Notes under the pieces: model-generated
The model's input: the letters and a program-made list of their open reading frames with translations, nothing else
Databases searched by the model: none
Told to the model about the DNA's origin: nothing
Made by a program: the position numbers and the translations under genes
Shown here: piece by piece, positions 63,061 through 64,000 of the stretch
Position numbering within the stretch: position 1 is the first letter of the stretch
Layout of the letters: each line of letters starts with the position of its first letter
Assembly (NCBI GenBank): GCA_004297215.1
Contig: SCUM01000001.1
Span: 612,275 to 676,274 of the forward strand
From: Patescibacteria group bacterium
GTDB lineage: Bacteria; Patescibacteriota; Patescibacteriia; UBA9934; GWF2-40-263
Direction of reading: 5' to 3'
Length of the DNA stretch: 64,000 nt

Positions 63061-64000
63061 ATGAAGGCCGCTTCCACGCCCCTGCGCATCGCAGGGCGTT
63101 TTGTGTTGCGCGCGTTGGGGGTCCCGATCTACCGCCTGGCTTTCTTTCTCAAGCGGCAGACGGGCCGCGTGCTCATGCCGGCAAAAAACCGCGTCGCCTA
63201 CCTGGCTTCCAACCGATATGCCATCCACGTGTCCGTGGTCGCCATCGCGGCGTTCGCGAGCGGGACGAATCTCCAGGGGAGCGAGGTGCGCGCCGAGTCG
63301 TTCGGGACCGGAAGCATGCTGTACGCCTTGGTCGCGCAAGACGATTCACAGGCGGTCGAGGTGGTATCCGCGCAGCCGGCTCCTCCCCCGTCGAACGTCT
63401 CGTATCTCGACAATGATGGCACCATCGCGTCGCGCGCCTATCCGGACCTCGACCTGAACAGCCATGCCTACGCGACCACCACGGTGGGCGGGAGCGCCGT
63501 TTCCGCCCCCACGATCTACGACGGAGGGGCGTCCGTGGCCCCGAGGACCGCGGTGGAGACCTATCAGGTCGCCGAGGGGGATACCTTGTACGGCATCGCC
63601 GACCGGTTCGGCCTCTCCTTGAGTTCGCTCCTGTGGGCCAACAACATGACGGTCCGAAGCATCATCCGTCCGGGACAGAGCGTGAAGATCCCCCCGATTG
63701 ACGGCGTGATCTATACCATCAAGAAGGGCGACAGCCTGTCGAGGATCGCGAAGGCATACGGGGCCGAGACGGAAAGGATCATCGCGTTCAACCGCCTGTC
63801 GAGCGCCGACGACCTGGTGGTGGGCGAGCAGATCGTGCTGCCGGACGCCGAACCGCCCGCCCCGCCCCGCACGGCGTCCGTCGCGAGGATCTTCACCACT
63901 GGGAAGGCGCCGCTCACGGGACAAACGAGCACGCGCACCGGCGCGCTCGCCGGATTTAGCGGGGGATCCGGCACGTGGGTTTGGCCCACCAACTGGCATG
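63061..64000 (+). CDS. LysM-repeat protein, probably with M23 peptidase (truncated by window end)
   Basis: Open frame to the end with YQVAEGDTLYGIA..LLWAN and YTIKKGDSLSRIA LysM motifs, ending WVWPT; start uncertain. Confidence 0.85.
   Translation, partial: MKAASTPLRIAGRFVLRALGVPIYRLAFFLKRQTGRVLMPAKNRVAYLASNRYAIHVSVVAIAAFASGTNLQGSEVRAESFGTGSMLYALVAQDDSQAVEVVSAQPAPPPSNVSYLDNDGTIASRAYPDLDLNSHAYATTTVGGSAVSAPTIYDGGASVAPRTAVETYQVAEGDTLYGIADRFGLSLSSLLWANNMTVRSIIRPGQSVKIPPIDGVIYTIKKGDSLSRIAKAYGAETERIIAFNRLSSADDLVVGEQIVLPDAEPPAPPRTASVARIFTTGKAPLTGQTSTRTGALAGFSGGSGTWVWPTNWH

Overview
High-GC bacterial chromosome segment spanning the replication origin (dnaN-oriC-dnaA / rpmH-rnpA-yidD). Gene content and RNA features (tandem VirB2/TrbC-like pilins, FG-GAP L,D-transpeptidase, lamin-tail protein, 23S rRNA lacking the helix-78 arm, 23S-5S unit with no adjacent 16S) point to a Patescibacteria/CPR genome (inference). 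The window holds housekeeping, envelope, DNA-repair and Fe-S genes, 23S and 5S rRNA and six canonical tRNAs. No CRISPR array, integrase or transposase was seen. Most notable unexplained structure: a non-canonical tRNA-Ala-like gene (13009-13086, minus) closed by flanking helices and preceded by a leader complementary to its own anticodon arm, driven by a DnaA-box/promoter/terminator cassette that is duplicated in inverted orientation in front of the lamin-tail gene. Other leads are tiny protamine-like ORFs (one behind a structured leader), a leader-peptide attenuator, REP-like palindromes inserted in frame in conserved genes, inverted heptamer arrays and 23S expansion segments. All calls are by eye; no database search was run.
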